Positions 10,789 through 20,344 of a stretch of DNA of 64,000 nucleotides are shown here, piece after piece (the first letter of the stretch is position 1; each line of letters begins with the position of its first letter). This DNA comes from a virus (lineage: Duplodnaviria > Caudoviricetes): the IMG/VR virus record IMGVR_UViG_3300037504_000149; one strand, given 5' to 3'. Below the pieces are notes generated by a model that worked only from the letters and a program-made list of their open reading frames with translations, was not told the origin of the DNA and made no database searches. A program made the position numbers and the translations under genes.

Positions 10789-11370
10789 TTATGCCCCAGA
10801 GTGCTCCTCAATACCACCCTTTATATCGAATCCGGTGCGGGCCACTTCAATATTGACCTGCTCCATAATTACATTATTTCCGCCATCTATATTTATACCG
10901 CTCATTGACCAATTAGCCATCATACATTTGTATAAACGGTATACTACATAAATCTCATCTGGATGGTTAGGGTGTGCAATTTTTATAGCTATGTCAAAGT
11001 TAGGTAGTGAATCGTCTAAAATACCGTAAGGATTATTGTCTACCTGCCCAATACGGTTAACGATATCACGACTAATACCAGCACGAGGCCATAATAATAG
11101 ACCCTGTACAGATATCTTGGTAGTTGATACACCTGGTACTAATTCAAGTACTGTACCTGCATCAAACATATTTAAATGACGTACACGATAAACATTTCGT
11201 TGCTGAGAAAAGTTGCTTATCTGCTGTACCCACCCAATAATCTTATCATTTGGTCCAAGTAAATGACATGCGGTAACGACCGCTGTTTGTAGATCATCGT
11301 CTATATAAACGCGGTTACCTTTTCTAACATAATCTAATACTGCACCACTAAGCCCTTCATTAACGGCCAT
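10789..11370 (-). CDS. Tail tube protein
   Basis: IIGWVQQIS...ELVPG...FDIAI...YRLYKCMMANWS...VIMEQVNIE myovirus tube pattern; between sheath and chaperone. Confidence 0.75.
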   Translation of the reverse strand: MAVNEGLSGAVLDYVRKGNRVYIDDDLQTAVVTACHLLGPNDKIIGWVQQISNFSQQRNVYRVRHLNMFDAGTVLELVPGVSTTKISVQGLLLWPRAGISRDIVNRIGQVDNNPYGILDDSLPNFDIAIKIAHPNHPDEIYVVYRLYKCMMANWSMSGINIDGGNNVIMEQVNIEVARTGFDIKGGIEEHSGA

Positions 11371-11435
11371 TATTCTTCCTCACTATTTATTAGGGCAATT
11401 TACATTATTCAAGAAGAGAAATTCTCTACTTAAAT

Positions 11436-12032
11436 TTATTTCTTTTCAAAATAATTTACAATAGTTTTTGCTGCTTCATAAAGTTCCTTAGCAGATGTGC
11501 GTGATAAATCGGAAGGAACTGAAATAGGCTTACTAGGTGGGACTTCTTCATCATACTGATTTATTTCCATCGCCGGTCCTGTTTCTGCACCTAAACTTTC
11601 TGAAATGGCAGGTCCGACAACCTCATTGTAATCACCTAAATGCACGAATGGATCAACTGGTCCACCATATACTACCGTCATTACACGCTCCCATGCCGTA
11701 GGTATATCACTTTCATTTCCTACTGAAGCAGATTCTACGTTTTCTAAACCTTGCCAATTTATTGAATAATTTATAGCGTCAAAGATTACGCACTGGCCGC
11801 CACCCTCACACGTTACTAAATATCCATCTGGAGTACCATAATCGGATCCGTCAAAACGATCATACTTCTCAACATATCCAGCAAGGTCTCCACTACTCAA
11901 ATACTGTCCTAGCGCATCTGATATAGCATCAGCTATAAAAGTTACTAAGGCTTGAACATGCTTAAGCATCCTATCACGATTAATTTTTGCTTCTTTAGTT
12001 GTAGGCTTGTAAAATACTTTCATATTACTCAT
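11436..12032 (-). CDS. Hypothetical protein between sheath and tube
   Basis: 198-aa ORF with AAGGAG RBS. Confidence 0.6.
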   Translation of the reverse strand: MSNMKVFYKPTTKEAKINRDRMLKHVQALVTFIADAISDALGQYLSSGDLAGYVEKYDRFDGSDYGTPDGYLVTCEGGGQCVIFDAINYSINWQGLENVESASVGNESDIPTAWERVMTVVYGGPVDPFVHLGDYNEVVGPAISESLGAETGPAMEINQYDEEVPPSKPISVPSDLSRTSAKELYEAAKTIVNYFEKK

Positions 12033-12053
12033 TTTATTCTACTCCTTGTAGTT

Positions 12054-13784
12054 TTAATTTAATTGGTCAATACTAAAGTTGAATCGTCTCTTCAGTATAA
12101 TAGTATCAATTGGGTATCTTGGAGTGTAGTTAAATGTTATTATCCAACCTGTGTATGGTCGTTCTTCGTCTTCATCAACAACTACATCTTCGATACTGCT
12201 AATCAATCCAGCAGCTTTCTCTACAGCCAAACGCCTCAGGATAACACGTGTAGCTAAGTCTCTTAGTTCTGTACTTTGTGGTTGCCCGATGATATTAGCT
12301 GCAACCAAATCAGCACGAACAGCCCTATTTAAGTAAACATCAGTTTCCCAAATAGATGAATGTTTGTATTCAGCGTTATTTACTGTCAGTGTCAGATCAT
12401 GACGACACCTAATAACACCTAGTGCATTAGAAGACAGCGGAGCAGTCATGTATTCAAATACAATTCCACCTACAGCACCTAACGCATCTTTCTCTACTAT
12501 GGAATATATATCTACACCTGCATCATCGACAAGTTTAACATCACCCTTAACTATCTTATTTGTTAACGGATCAATAGGTGTTGTGACAGCACCACGCATA
12601 CCAGCGTAAATAGCCGCCAGTACCCAGCCATCATACTCAGTCCAAGAGTACGTTGATGTATCACTATAAACTTTAACATTTACTGTATCTATAGCTATAT
12701 ACCTTACATACTCACTATAGTTAAGTGCATTAATACTTAAAACTATTTGTGAATATGTTGTATCTTGTGGTGATGATAATACACAATACCTTTCCTTACC
12801 TACGCGATAAGACGACATATATTCACAATGGTTCATAACTTTTCTGTTTATTGCTTCATTACTAACTAATGGTACCACAGCAATAAACTGATCAATTCTA
12901 TACAATTTGGCGAGTGCGGCTTCGTATGCACCGACAACATCACTAGCTACTGATGTAGAATCAACAGCTACAACCCAGCATTGCGGACATTCTTGTCCAT
13001 CACCGTTTTTACCCATTATTAGCTTACCAGCTACACCAATATCACTATCTATACCATGATCTGATTGTAGTGCATTTAGATCACTATAAAGAGTAGGATT
13101 TAAATAATCGTATGATTTGTAATCATATGTGACGTAATATGTCGCTCCTGCTGTTGGTTCACGTTCTGTGGTGTTTGTCCCTGGAGGCGCTGCGCCACCC
13201 GCATCACCTGTATCAGTATAAGTAGTTGTACCTGCGTTACTGATAGTTGTTATAAGTTGATCATCACGATAAATCTTATAACCTGATGCCATCGCATCAA
13301 TATTATCCCACTGAAGTATCACTGAAGATGTTGAATCTGTTAGTGTTATACTTTGTCCAGCAGATTGTGTAGTCTCTTTACCACCAGTTTGTGTAGCAGT
13401 AATAGTATACACATAAGTACCTGCTGGTAGTGATCCACCAGTAGTTGTAGTAGGTGTTCGCAATGTAGGTGCAGTAATGGTATTATCTAACCACTTAACG
13501 TAACTAACGCCACCAGTTTCATACAGTTCATAGTCTGTATCTTTGGTGTAAGTTGTTACATTTTTCGTATCTCCAACAAATGTAATATCGTCTACATTAG
13601 CATTAGCTAGAGCATCTGTGTTTCCTACAGCTCCTCTTTCTACTTCTTCATTATACACTGTAGTAAGTTTACCATCAGAAGTACCTATAATACAAGGCAC
13701 TACATTACGTCTTAGCTGCAACGGTGATACATTACCACTCTGTTCTCGTTGCGTATATACGTTTGGGGGTAGATATGTAGGCAT
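12054..13784 (-). CDS. Contractile tail sheath protein with inserted FN3/Ig-like domain
   Basis: N-terminal YLPPNVY; HCEYMS...KER; PLTNK; C-terminal ITFNYTPRYPIDTI; Thr-rich insert TYVYTITA...ILQW...GYKIYR...YTDTG. Confidence 0.85.
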   Translation of the reverse strand: MPTYLPPNVYTQREQSGNVSPLQLRRNVVPCIIGTSDGKLTTVYNEEVERGAVGNTDALANANVDDITFVGDTKNVTTYTKDTDYELYETGGVSYVKWLDNTITAPTLRTPTTTTGGSLPAGTYVYTITATQTGGKETTQSAGQSITLTDSTSSVILQWDNIDAMASGYKIYRDDQLITTISNAGTTTYTDTGDAGGAAPPGTNTTEREPTAGATYYVTYDYKSYDYLNPTLYSDLNALQSDHGIDSDIGVAGKLIMGKNGDGQECPQCWVVAVDSTSVASDVVGAYEAALAKLYRIDQFIAVVPLVSNEAINRKVMNHCEYMSSYRVGKERYCVLSSPQDTTYSQIVLSINALNYSEYVRYIAIDTVNVKVYSDTSTYSWTEYDGWVLAAIYAGMRGAVTTPIDPLTNKIVKGDVKLVDDAGVDIYSIVEKDALGAVGGIVFEYMTAPLSSNALGVIRCRHDLTLTVNNAEYKHSSIWETDVYLNRAVRADLVAANIIGQPQSTELRDLATRVILRRLAVEKAAGLISSIEDVVVDEDEERPYTGWIITFNYTPRYPIDTIILKRRFNFSIDQLN

Positions 13785-13796
13785 TTTTACCTCTTA

Positions 13797-14726
13797 TTAA
13801 TAATTTCTCTTGAATCGTACAGTTTCAAATACATCCCGTTCTATTCCCTCATCTTCAATTGCTGTAAAGAATTTGGTGGATAATATGTTGTATAATGGAT
13901 TATCTGACTCAATCTGTTTCCATTTACGTGCAACTCTATCGTATGTAAATATTATAACATAATCAGTTGATTTTGGATAAATTTTATACTCTATACTATC
14001 GTGTTCTAGCGTGAATGTATAAAAGAATAATATTGTTTGAATGCTCCACTGAAAGCGTACAGGTAAAATTAGTGTCTTCGAATATACAAACATGCTATCC
14101 GCTAACTCATCTATATCTAATTGTGACTCTTTTAATATTCTGGTATCTGGATGTATTCCCATCCTCTCTAACAGTGACTTTAATGACCACTGGTCATCCC
14201 GCTCATCAAGGGCAAGTCCTGTCATTACTAAACCCATGATATCTCGCGTCATTTGTTTATAGCCTAAACTTGAAACTTCTATAGCTATATTTGTCTCAAT
14301 TAGTCCTCCCTTCTTGCTGTATGTTCCTATAGCTCCTTCTATGTCATCTAATCCATTCGATCTCATAGATCTGTCAGGCGCTGCTGCTACATCTGTTATT
14401 TCACCTATAGTTACAGTAATGCAAGGGAATAAAGCTTTTCCATGCATCATATCATTTAATGTAGGAAAACTTTCTTGAATATGAATGTTTGAATAAGGTT
14501 CGTCTTCTGCTTTACCTATATCTAAATCTTCATCAACATAATCAGATTGATCGGGTTCGGCAGTAATAAGCTCTCTATTTATATAAGGTCTTCCTGTTTT
14601 ATAGTTTCCATTCCATTTATAAACATCAGGTATAGTTTCAGAAAGCCCAAAATAAGCTTTTAAAGCACTTACAATGGCTTCGTATACCATATCTGTTCTA
14701 TTAGGTATTCTTCCTACTAAAGCCAC
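13797..14726 (-). CDS. Putative tail terminator / neck protein
   Basis: IHIQESFP...FPCITVT pattern; immediately upstream of the sheath gene. Confidence 0.5.
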   Translation of the reverse strand: MALVGRIPNRTDMVYEAIVSALKAYFGLSETIPDVYKWNGNYKTGRPYINRELITAEPDQSDYVDEDLDIGKAEDEPYSNIHIQESFPTLNDMMHGKALFPCITVTIGEITDVAAAPDRSMRSNGLDDIEGAIGTYSKKGGLIETNIAIEVSSLGYKQMTRDIMGLVMTGLALDERDDQWSLKSLLERMGIHPDTRILKESQLDIDELADSMFVYSKTLILPVRFQWSIQTILFFYTFTLEHDSIEYKIYPKSTDYVIIFTYDRVARKWKQIESDNPLYNILSTKFFTAIEDEGIERDVFETVRFKRNY

Positions 14727-14728
14727 AA

Positions 14729-15973
14729 CTATTCCTTATCATTATTCTTTTTAGTCTTTTTCTTCTTTTTATCTTTCTTGTTTTTACCTTTACTATCTTT
14801 CTTATTTTCTTTATCGTCGCAGTTTCCCTCTCCACGACCAGTTTTTGGACCTTTACCTTCTGGTCCAGTACCATCTAAATTACGTGCTGTAACTTCACCT
14901 GGTGACATACCTAAAGGTATAAGGTAAATATGGCCCCGTTCACCATCATGACGCCATACGTTAACATTTATACCTTGCTGAGCCATATACGCGATAGCCG
15001 CAGATTCTAGATTATCGTAATATGTTTCTAATGAAGGGACATAAAACTTTCCATCTTCTTGTTCTTCTGCTACTATTTCTTTATCTAATACTACTATATT
15101 AGGTTCGTTACCTGGTGTTTGTTTATAAACTATGTCTGTCTTTGGGTCTGGGAAGGTATTAAACATCTTTTGTAAGAAGTTATTAAAATCTTGTCCTTTT
15201 TGGTCTATTCCACTCTCCACATCTATATCTTCATAAGCGTCACCGGTTACTTCTCCCGTTTCCTCGTCATAGTATGCACGCTTCATGTTCATAAGTCCTT
15301 CCTCAATTGTAGCTAATTTCTTCTTAGCTAACAATAATGCACGCATCTTTTTAGCATTACCTGGATCTTCTTGGTAAGCTTCCTTTAGTGTGGCGACATC
15401 TGCTGCCACAACATCTCTATGATACGCAGCGGCTCTAATGAAGAATTCAATCTTAGCTGCTAAAACATCAAGATTATTGTCTCTACTAGATGTGTGTGGA
15501 TCTAGTAATTTATCGATAACTTCTTCTTCTGAACGTAGTTTAGTGGCTGGTTCACTAAGATCTAATACTGCCTCTTCTCCTTCTTCTTCTAACATATCTT
15601 CAACTTGGTCCATATCAGAACTACCAATTTGATCTGCTAGAATAGAAAAGTAGTTTTCTATACCTTGAGGTATATTCTCTATGTTTCCTATATCATCTTC
15701 TTCGGAAACTAATACGTAATCATTATTAGTTATATACTCTGCCAGAACTAATGGTACATTAATAGGGCTTATTTCATACCAATCTTCCAAGTCTCCTTGG
15801 GGAGATATTTTTAGTACCGCTGAGTCTCTAGTGTTTAGCGCATCTCCCGTTTGTTGAAGATAAACTATAACATTTACGTTATCTCGTATAACGCCTTGTT
15901 CTTTATCATCAGAAGTGATAAATATTATATCAATAAGATTATATGGTGTTCCTTCTATTTGTAAACTTTCCAC
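14729..15973 (-). CDS. Acidic putative virion protein with C-terminal DUF5320-like motif and Lys-rich tail
   Basis: GTG start with GGAGG RBS; C-terminal DGTGPEGKGPKTGRGEGNC followed by poly-Lys. Confidence 0.55.
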   Translation of the reverse strand: MESLQIEGTPYNLIDIIFITSDDKEQGVIRDNVNVIVYLQQTGDALNTRDSAVLKISPQGDLEDWYEISPINVPLVLAEYITNNDYVLVSEEDDIGNIENIPQGIENYFSILADQIGSSDMDQVEDMLEEEGEEAVLDLSEPATKLRSEEEVIDKLLDPHTSSRDNNLDVLAAKIEFFIRAAAYHRDVVAADVATLKEAYQEDPGNAKKMRALLLAKKKLATIEEGLMNMKRAYYDEETGEVTGDAYEDIDVESGIDQKGQDFNNFLQKMFNTFPDPKTDIVYKQTPGNEPNIVVLDKEIVAEEQEDGKFYVPSLETYYDNLESAAIAYMAQQGINVNVWRHDGERGHIYLIPLGMSPGEVTARNLDGTGPEGKGPKTGRGEGNCDDKENKKDSKGKNKKDKKKKKTKKNNDKE

Positions 15974-16007
15974 GGGAAACCTCCGTAAATATATTTGTTA
16001 TGTAACT

Positions 16008-16018
16008 ATTGTACCATA
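16008..16018 (-). promoter_or_regulatory. Extended -10 promoter TATGGTACAAT
   Basis: Intergenic, 35 nt upstream of the 15973 start; same motif precedes other virion genes. Confidence 0.5.
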
Positions 16019-16020
16019 AA

Positions 16021-16866
16021 CTATGGAATTAAATGAATGTATTGACTAAGTGCTTCATTACGTGCCTGATTCTGGGAAACAGTATTACCCATCATATCAG
16101 TAATTCGTTCTAGCGGAACAGTTTGATACGTCATTAACCCACCAATTGTAGATCCTTCTACTCCGCCACTTACTTTAAATTTGTCATACCCTGGACCCTT
16201 TGGGTTACGTCTTACTACCCAAGTTTTCTGATCTATTAATGGTAAGCCTACAAAGTATGCTATAACTTGTGCTGCTCCGGGAGGTATTATAATACCTCTT
16301 TTTTGCATTTCGTAAGCTCGACTTGAATCCCAAAAGTGTAAACGAGGTAACTCCCCATCCGGCATATATACCATGTAAGTAGCGCCTCCTATTCTCCCCG
16401 TACCTCCACACACTTCACATAATGGATCTGCTTCGTTAGATGAATAACTCCAACAAGAACAACGAGTTGTTAATTTACGTTCAAGCATAACAATAGCAGG
16501 CTGCCCATACATATCGTTTGCCATATATACTGAGCGTGCCTGCTGTAATGCATTCTGATAAACAAATCTACTTTTAAATTTTTTCAGTGGATCATAAGTG
16601 TATTCTTTCTCGTAATTGTCTAGTAATTCTCCGTTTAATATTGGTGATACGTTGTAGGTTACTGGCTCATATATATTTTTTACAAAATCTCTAAATAAGT
16701 ATGTTTGAACTGGTCCTATAGGTATGCGTGGTTTTGACCCATATGTAGCATATACCATATACCCATCCCACTTAGAATGAGCCTCGTCTTCTATATACAG
16801 ATCTAAGGCACCATGATAAGTGTTTTCGTCCATTACTAAAGCTGGATTGTGCACGTATAAGTTCAT
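16021..16866 (-). CDS. Neck / head-closure protein with Zn finger
   Basis: RCSCW...DPLCEVCGGTG Cys4 motif in the neck-gene position. Confidence 0.55.
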   Translation of the reverse strand: MNLYVHNPALVMDENTYHGALDLYIEDEAHSKWDGYMVYATYGSKPRIPIGPVQTYLFRDFVKNIYEPVTYNVSPILNGELLDNYEKEYTYDPLKKFKSRFVYQNALQQARSVYMANDMYGQPAIVMLERKLTTRCSCWSYSSNEADPLCEVCGGTGRIGGATYMVYMPDGELPRLHFWDSSRAYEMQKRGIIIPPGAAQVIAYFVGLPLIDQKTWVVRRNPKGPGYDKFKVSGGVEGSTIGGLMTYQTVPLERITDMMGNTVSQNQARNEALSQYIHLIP

Positions 16867-18356
16867 TATATTTTTGTTTGTAGTAACGATTTAAGTACGT
16901 GTGTTTCAAATAATTGTTTCTTCCAACTTATTGTCATGGTTCTAGCATGCATAGATACATCAGGACGGGGAAAATCATTAAAGTAGTTATATAATATAAA
17001 CGCGTCGATATCTCCCGCATATTGCAGAATATCAGTAGCGGCTGACGCCGCAGAACGGAAGCGTAGATGTTTAGCTTGTCTGTCTGATATACCTAAACAA
17101 TTTGTAGGGCAAACTAATATACAAGCACTAAATCCAAGTATAATAGATTGTTCTCCAGAATCTAAAACTTCATTTATAGCTCTTTCAAGCTCTTCTAATC
17201 TATCACTAGCAAAATAGTATTTATTGTTATCATTACTATAGTTTATTCTTTTCTTTTCATGCCCTTCGGGCTGTTCAACATTTAATGTAAAGTATCGTCT
17301 AATAAACTTTTTAGCATTTTTACGTATCCTTTCTTCTTCTTTACTATCAATACCTGGTGTGTTTACCCAATTGCCTAACTCATCTGCTTCAGCTTCAAAA
17401 TATGTACGTGTAATTTGTTTTAAATCTTCTTCATTATTTACATCGGGATTTTCTTCAACAACTTCCTGTAAGTATTTTATAGCTTCTCCTACTTCAGGTC
17501 CAGATTTTATATTTCCTATTTCCATTATATCATAACCAGATATATTTAAATCATTTTTAGATGATTGCTGAGGGTCTCTGTCAACAGTTTCTATACGCTT
17601 CGCTAATTCATCTATCAAGCTGCAATCACCATCGTCTAAATGGGCCAACGAATCCGCTCTAGCTAAATCTAACAACGCTTCTACGTTTTCTTCTCCTACA
17701 CGATTTATAAATCTTCTTACAGCAGCATCTTTCCATTGACCATTATAACCTATCATATGGTTACCAATCATACACGTTACAAAATCTATAAATTCTTCGT
17801 CATAACCTAAGTTAGAGAGTATGTATTTAGCCTTTGCTGCTGAAAAATCTTCATGTGCAGGAAATGAGTATTCTCCGGTAGCTAAATTATCTGTTCTAGT
17901 TTCTGGTTTTCCTATATCATGTAGTAGTGCTGACCACCTTAAACCTACATCATCTTTAGGAGTATAATCACATGCTTTAAGTAAATGCATAAATACATCA
18001 TATTTATGGTGGCTATTTTGCTCTACACCTTTACATTCCTGTAATTCTGGTAATAAATGTTCTAGTAATCCAGTTTCAGCAAACAATTTGATTGCTTTGG
18101 ACGGCGTGTCCATACTTAAGCATTGTTCCCAAATTTCCCTTTTCTTTTCTGGTGTCCACGAGCTAGCTATAATTGCATGATCTTTTATAGCTTTAATATC
18201 ATCGTCTGCTAGCTCACAATCATTCGCTCCTGCACGAACACACGCCTCGTACATAAGATCTGGTACGTTTAGATATGTAAAATACGGCTCAACTAGTATA
18301 GAGGCTACTCGGCGTCCATCAAGCATTTCTGTGATTTGAAAATGTTCTCGGCTCAT
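16866..18356 (-). CDS. HD-domain phosphohydrolase derived from a CCA-adding enzyme, lacking the nucleotidyltransferase head
   Basis: GLLEHLLPEL..C.GVEQNSHHKYDVFMH, ALLHDIGKP, H.DFSA, HM and ARAD motifs; CCA-type tail LNISGYDIM...GPEVG; no GGAVRD or DxD. Confidence 0.8.
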   Translation of the reverse strand: MSREHFQITEMLDGRRVASILVEPYFTYLNVPDLMYEACVRAGANDCELADDDIKAIKDHAIIASSWTPEKKREIWEQCLSMDTPSKAIKLFAETGLLEHLLPELQECKGVEQNSHHKYDVFMHLLKACDYTPKDDVGLRWSALLHDIGKPETRTDNLATGEYSFPAHEDFSAAKAKYILSNLGYDEEFIDFVTCMIGNHMIGYNGQWKDAAVRRFINRVGEENVEALLDLARADSLAHLDDGDCSLIDELAKRIETVDRDPQQSSKNDLNISGYDIMEIGNIKSGPEVGEAIKYLQEVVEENPDVNNEEDLKQITRTYFEAEADELGNWVNTPGIDSKEEERIRKNAKKFIRRYFTLNVEQPEGHEKKRINYSNDNNKYYFASDRLEELERAINEVLDSGEQSIILGFSACILVCPTNCLGISDRQAKHLRFRSAASAATDILQYAGDIDAFILYNYFNDFPRPDVSMHARTMTISWKKQLFETHVLKSLLQTKI

Positions 18357-18383
18357 TTGTTTTCTGTTTGCAAGGACAATTTG

Positions 18384-18392
18384 ATTATACCA
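18384..18392 (-). promoter_or_regulatory. Extended -10 promoter TGGTATAAT for the HD gene
   Basis: Divergent intergenic region, about 28 nt upstream of the ATG. Confidence 0.45.
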
Positions 18393-18426
18393 AAACGTAG
18401 CTTGTTCAGAAAAATTTTATAGAGTA

Positions 18427-18435
18427 TGCTATACT
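18427..18435 (+). promoter_or_regulatory. Extended -10 promoter TGCTATACT for the glycosyltransferase operon
   Basis: gcTATACTat also occurs at 25916 and 63590; followed by a GGAG RBS. Confidence 0.55.
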
Positions 18436-18462
18436 ATAAAAGACTAATTTGACGGAGAAGTT

Positions 18463-19572
18463 ATGCAAATTGTAACTATCAAGAATGGATCTCATCATAA
18501 AACTGTATTTGGTGAGGGTTTTAGTATGGGTCAGCGGACAAATAACGGTACGGTGGTTTCTGTTACATCAACCGATTGTCAACCATACAAGGGACAATCT
18601 CTTGATAAAAAGCGATTATTGGTAAAGCGGCAGGGTGGTGGAGGAGATATTATCTGCTTATCTGCTGTAATCAAATACTTACTTAAAAAGTATTATATAC
18701 CTCATATTACCTTATCTTGTGATTCTTACTACTATCCTCTAATAGATCATATACCACAACTTCATGTAACCAAGCATCCATGTAATTTACAAGATTTAAT
18801 CAATTATGATTATCTGATAGATTACGACAATTTAATAGAAACAACGTCTAAAAAAGCTGACAATATATACGATTTATTTTTTGAACATGCTGGACATAGT
18901 AATACTGATCCTACACCGTATATTGGCGCACCTTCTTCTCATGTAGAAAATTTTTATTTAGAAGATCTATTACACAAAAATGATATTGTATTAAAAAATA
19001 ACGTAGTACTTGTGCAATGGATGGCCAATTCTGGAGTTAGAACTTTTGATCCGGTAAAACTATCTTTAATATGCAGGAAACTTTCTAAACTTAGTAATAC
19101 TACAATACTGATAGTAGGCACTAACAAGAATATAAATATACAACAATTACCTACAGGAAATAATATATATCATTTGATAGATCTAAAAGGTAATCTTGCA
19201 ACACTTAGAGAGTTAACACGTTTATCTGATGTAGTTGTTGCTCCTGATTCTTTGTTCGTACATTTAGCAGGAGAAACTAATACACCTTGTGTAGCTCTTT
19301 ATGGTCCTTTTACCGGATATAGTCGGGTGAAATATTACAAAAACAACTTTTTCTTTGAAGCTACATCAGAGTGTGCCCCTTGTTTTTCTCATAAACGTAA
19401 ATGTCCTAGAAATAACATATGCTGGGATTCTATAGGATATAGATCCGTTTATAATTTTATAAGACTTTTACTCAATAATCCACGAATTGCTGTAGGTATT
19501 CCAGATAAACTTAGTATAGACGATTTTAGATTACAACGTGTAGGTTATGCATATAATGTGAGGAAAGTATAA
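18463..19572 (+). CDS. Glycosyltransferase, GT9 / heptosyltransferase-like
   Basis: KRQGGGGDII; DVVVAPDSLFVHLAG...PCVALYGP; CAPC...CP....C. Confidence 0.8.
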   Translation: MQIVTIKNGSHHKTVFGEGFSMGQRTNNGTVVSVTSTDCQPYKGQSLDKKRLLVKRQGGGGDIICLSAVIKYLLKKYYIPHITLSCDSYYYPLIDHIPQLHVTKHPCNLQDLINYDYLIDYDNLIETTSKKADNIYDLFFEHAGHSNTDPTPYIGAPSSHVENFYLEDLLHKNDIVLKNNVVLVQWMANSGVRTFDPVKLSLICRKLSKLSNTTILIVGTNKNINIQQLPTGNNIYHLIDLKGNLATLRELTRLSDVVVAPDSLFVHLAGETNTPCVALYGPFTGYSRVKYYKNNFFFEATSECAPCFSHKRKCPRNNICWDSIGYRSVYNFIRLLLNNPRIAVGIPDKLSIDDFRLQRVGYAYNVRKV

Positions 19573-20309
19573 TGTCTAATGTTAAATTATTTGTAAGTGT
19601 CAGAGATAGACTAAATATAACTAAACAAACTATAAATGATCTTCATAATGGTGGGGAACCTGTAGATATATTTGTCTTTGATGATCGTTCTTTCACAGAA
19701 AGAAAAGAGTTATTTAAATATTATGAAGAATCTATAGCTAACGGTAAAATAAGTATGGTAGTAGCTAACACAGATAGTACTACTGGTAATTATCCTTGGG
19801 GTAAATCTGTTATGCTTGCTCAGTTTGCTAAGCTGATGCAGTTATATAATACTCCTGTAGAAAACGGAATTTATGGTATAATAGATAATGATCAAAGGCT
19901 TTCACCTGGTTGGCTAGTAACTATGCGTCAACTGCTAGAAAAAGCAGAGAAAAGATGGCCTGATCGTGTAGCTGTTGTATCACCTCGTACTGAAGCAGTA
20001 CACCCTACAGTAGCTACTTCAGTTATAAATAATAAAAAAGTGGAACTTAAATATTGTGTAGGAGCATGTTCTTGGCTATTTAGACCTAATTTCTTCGAAA
20101 AGTATGGTTTACCAGATTTAAACTGGAAAAAAGATAGTCCTGGAGGGCATGCGGGAGCAGAAGACTGGTATTATTCAGAAATATTCGAGAAACTTGATCA
20201 TTACATTGTTGCGTTGAAGAGACCTATAGCCTTTGATAATGCTAAATCTACTCATTCAGCTAGAGTTAAGATCATGCGTAAACGTTTTAATGATGATACC
20301 ATAACTTAA
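19572..20309 (+). CDS. Glycosyltransferase, GT-A/GT2-like
   Basis: VFDDRS, IDND (DxD), GACSWLFR and AED motifs. Confidence 0.7.
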   Translation: MSNVKLFVSVRDRLNITKQTINDLHNGGEPVDIFVFDDRSFTERKELFKYYEESIANGKISMVVANTDSTTGNYPWGKSVMLAQFAKLMQLYNTPVENGIYGIIDNDQRLSPGWLVTMRQLLEKAEKRWPDRVAVVSPRTEAVHPTVATSVINNKKVELKYCVGACSWLFRPNFFEKYGLPDLNWKKDSPGGHAGAEDWYYSEIFEKLDHYIVALKRPIAFDNAKSTHSARVKIMRKRFNDDTIT

Positions 20310-20344
20310 TACGTGTATATCCCTATCCAGAAGGGATATAAATA

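Noticed and set aside
581-14726. Tailocin or extracellular contractile injection system
   Set aside because: Capsid, portal, scaffold and a full replication module are present, so this is a phage
771-15632. Numerous short plus-strand ORFs opposite the tail genes
   Set aside because: They lie within longer, coupled minus-strand genes, many have Ser/Leu-rich shadow composition, and no RBS was noticed
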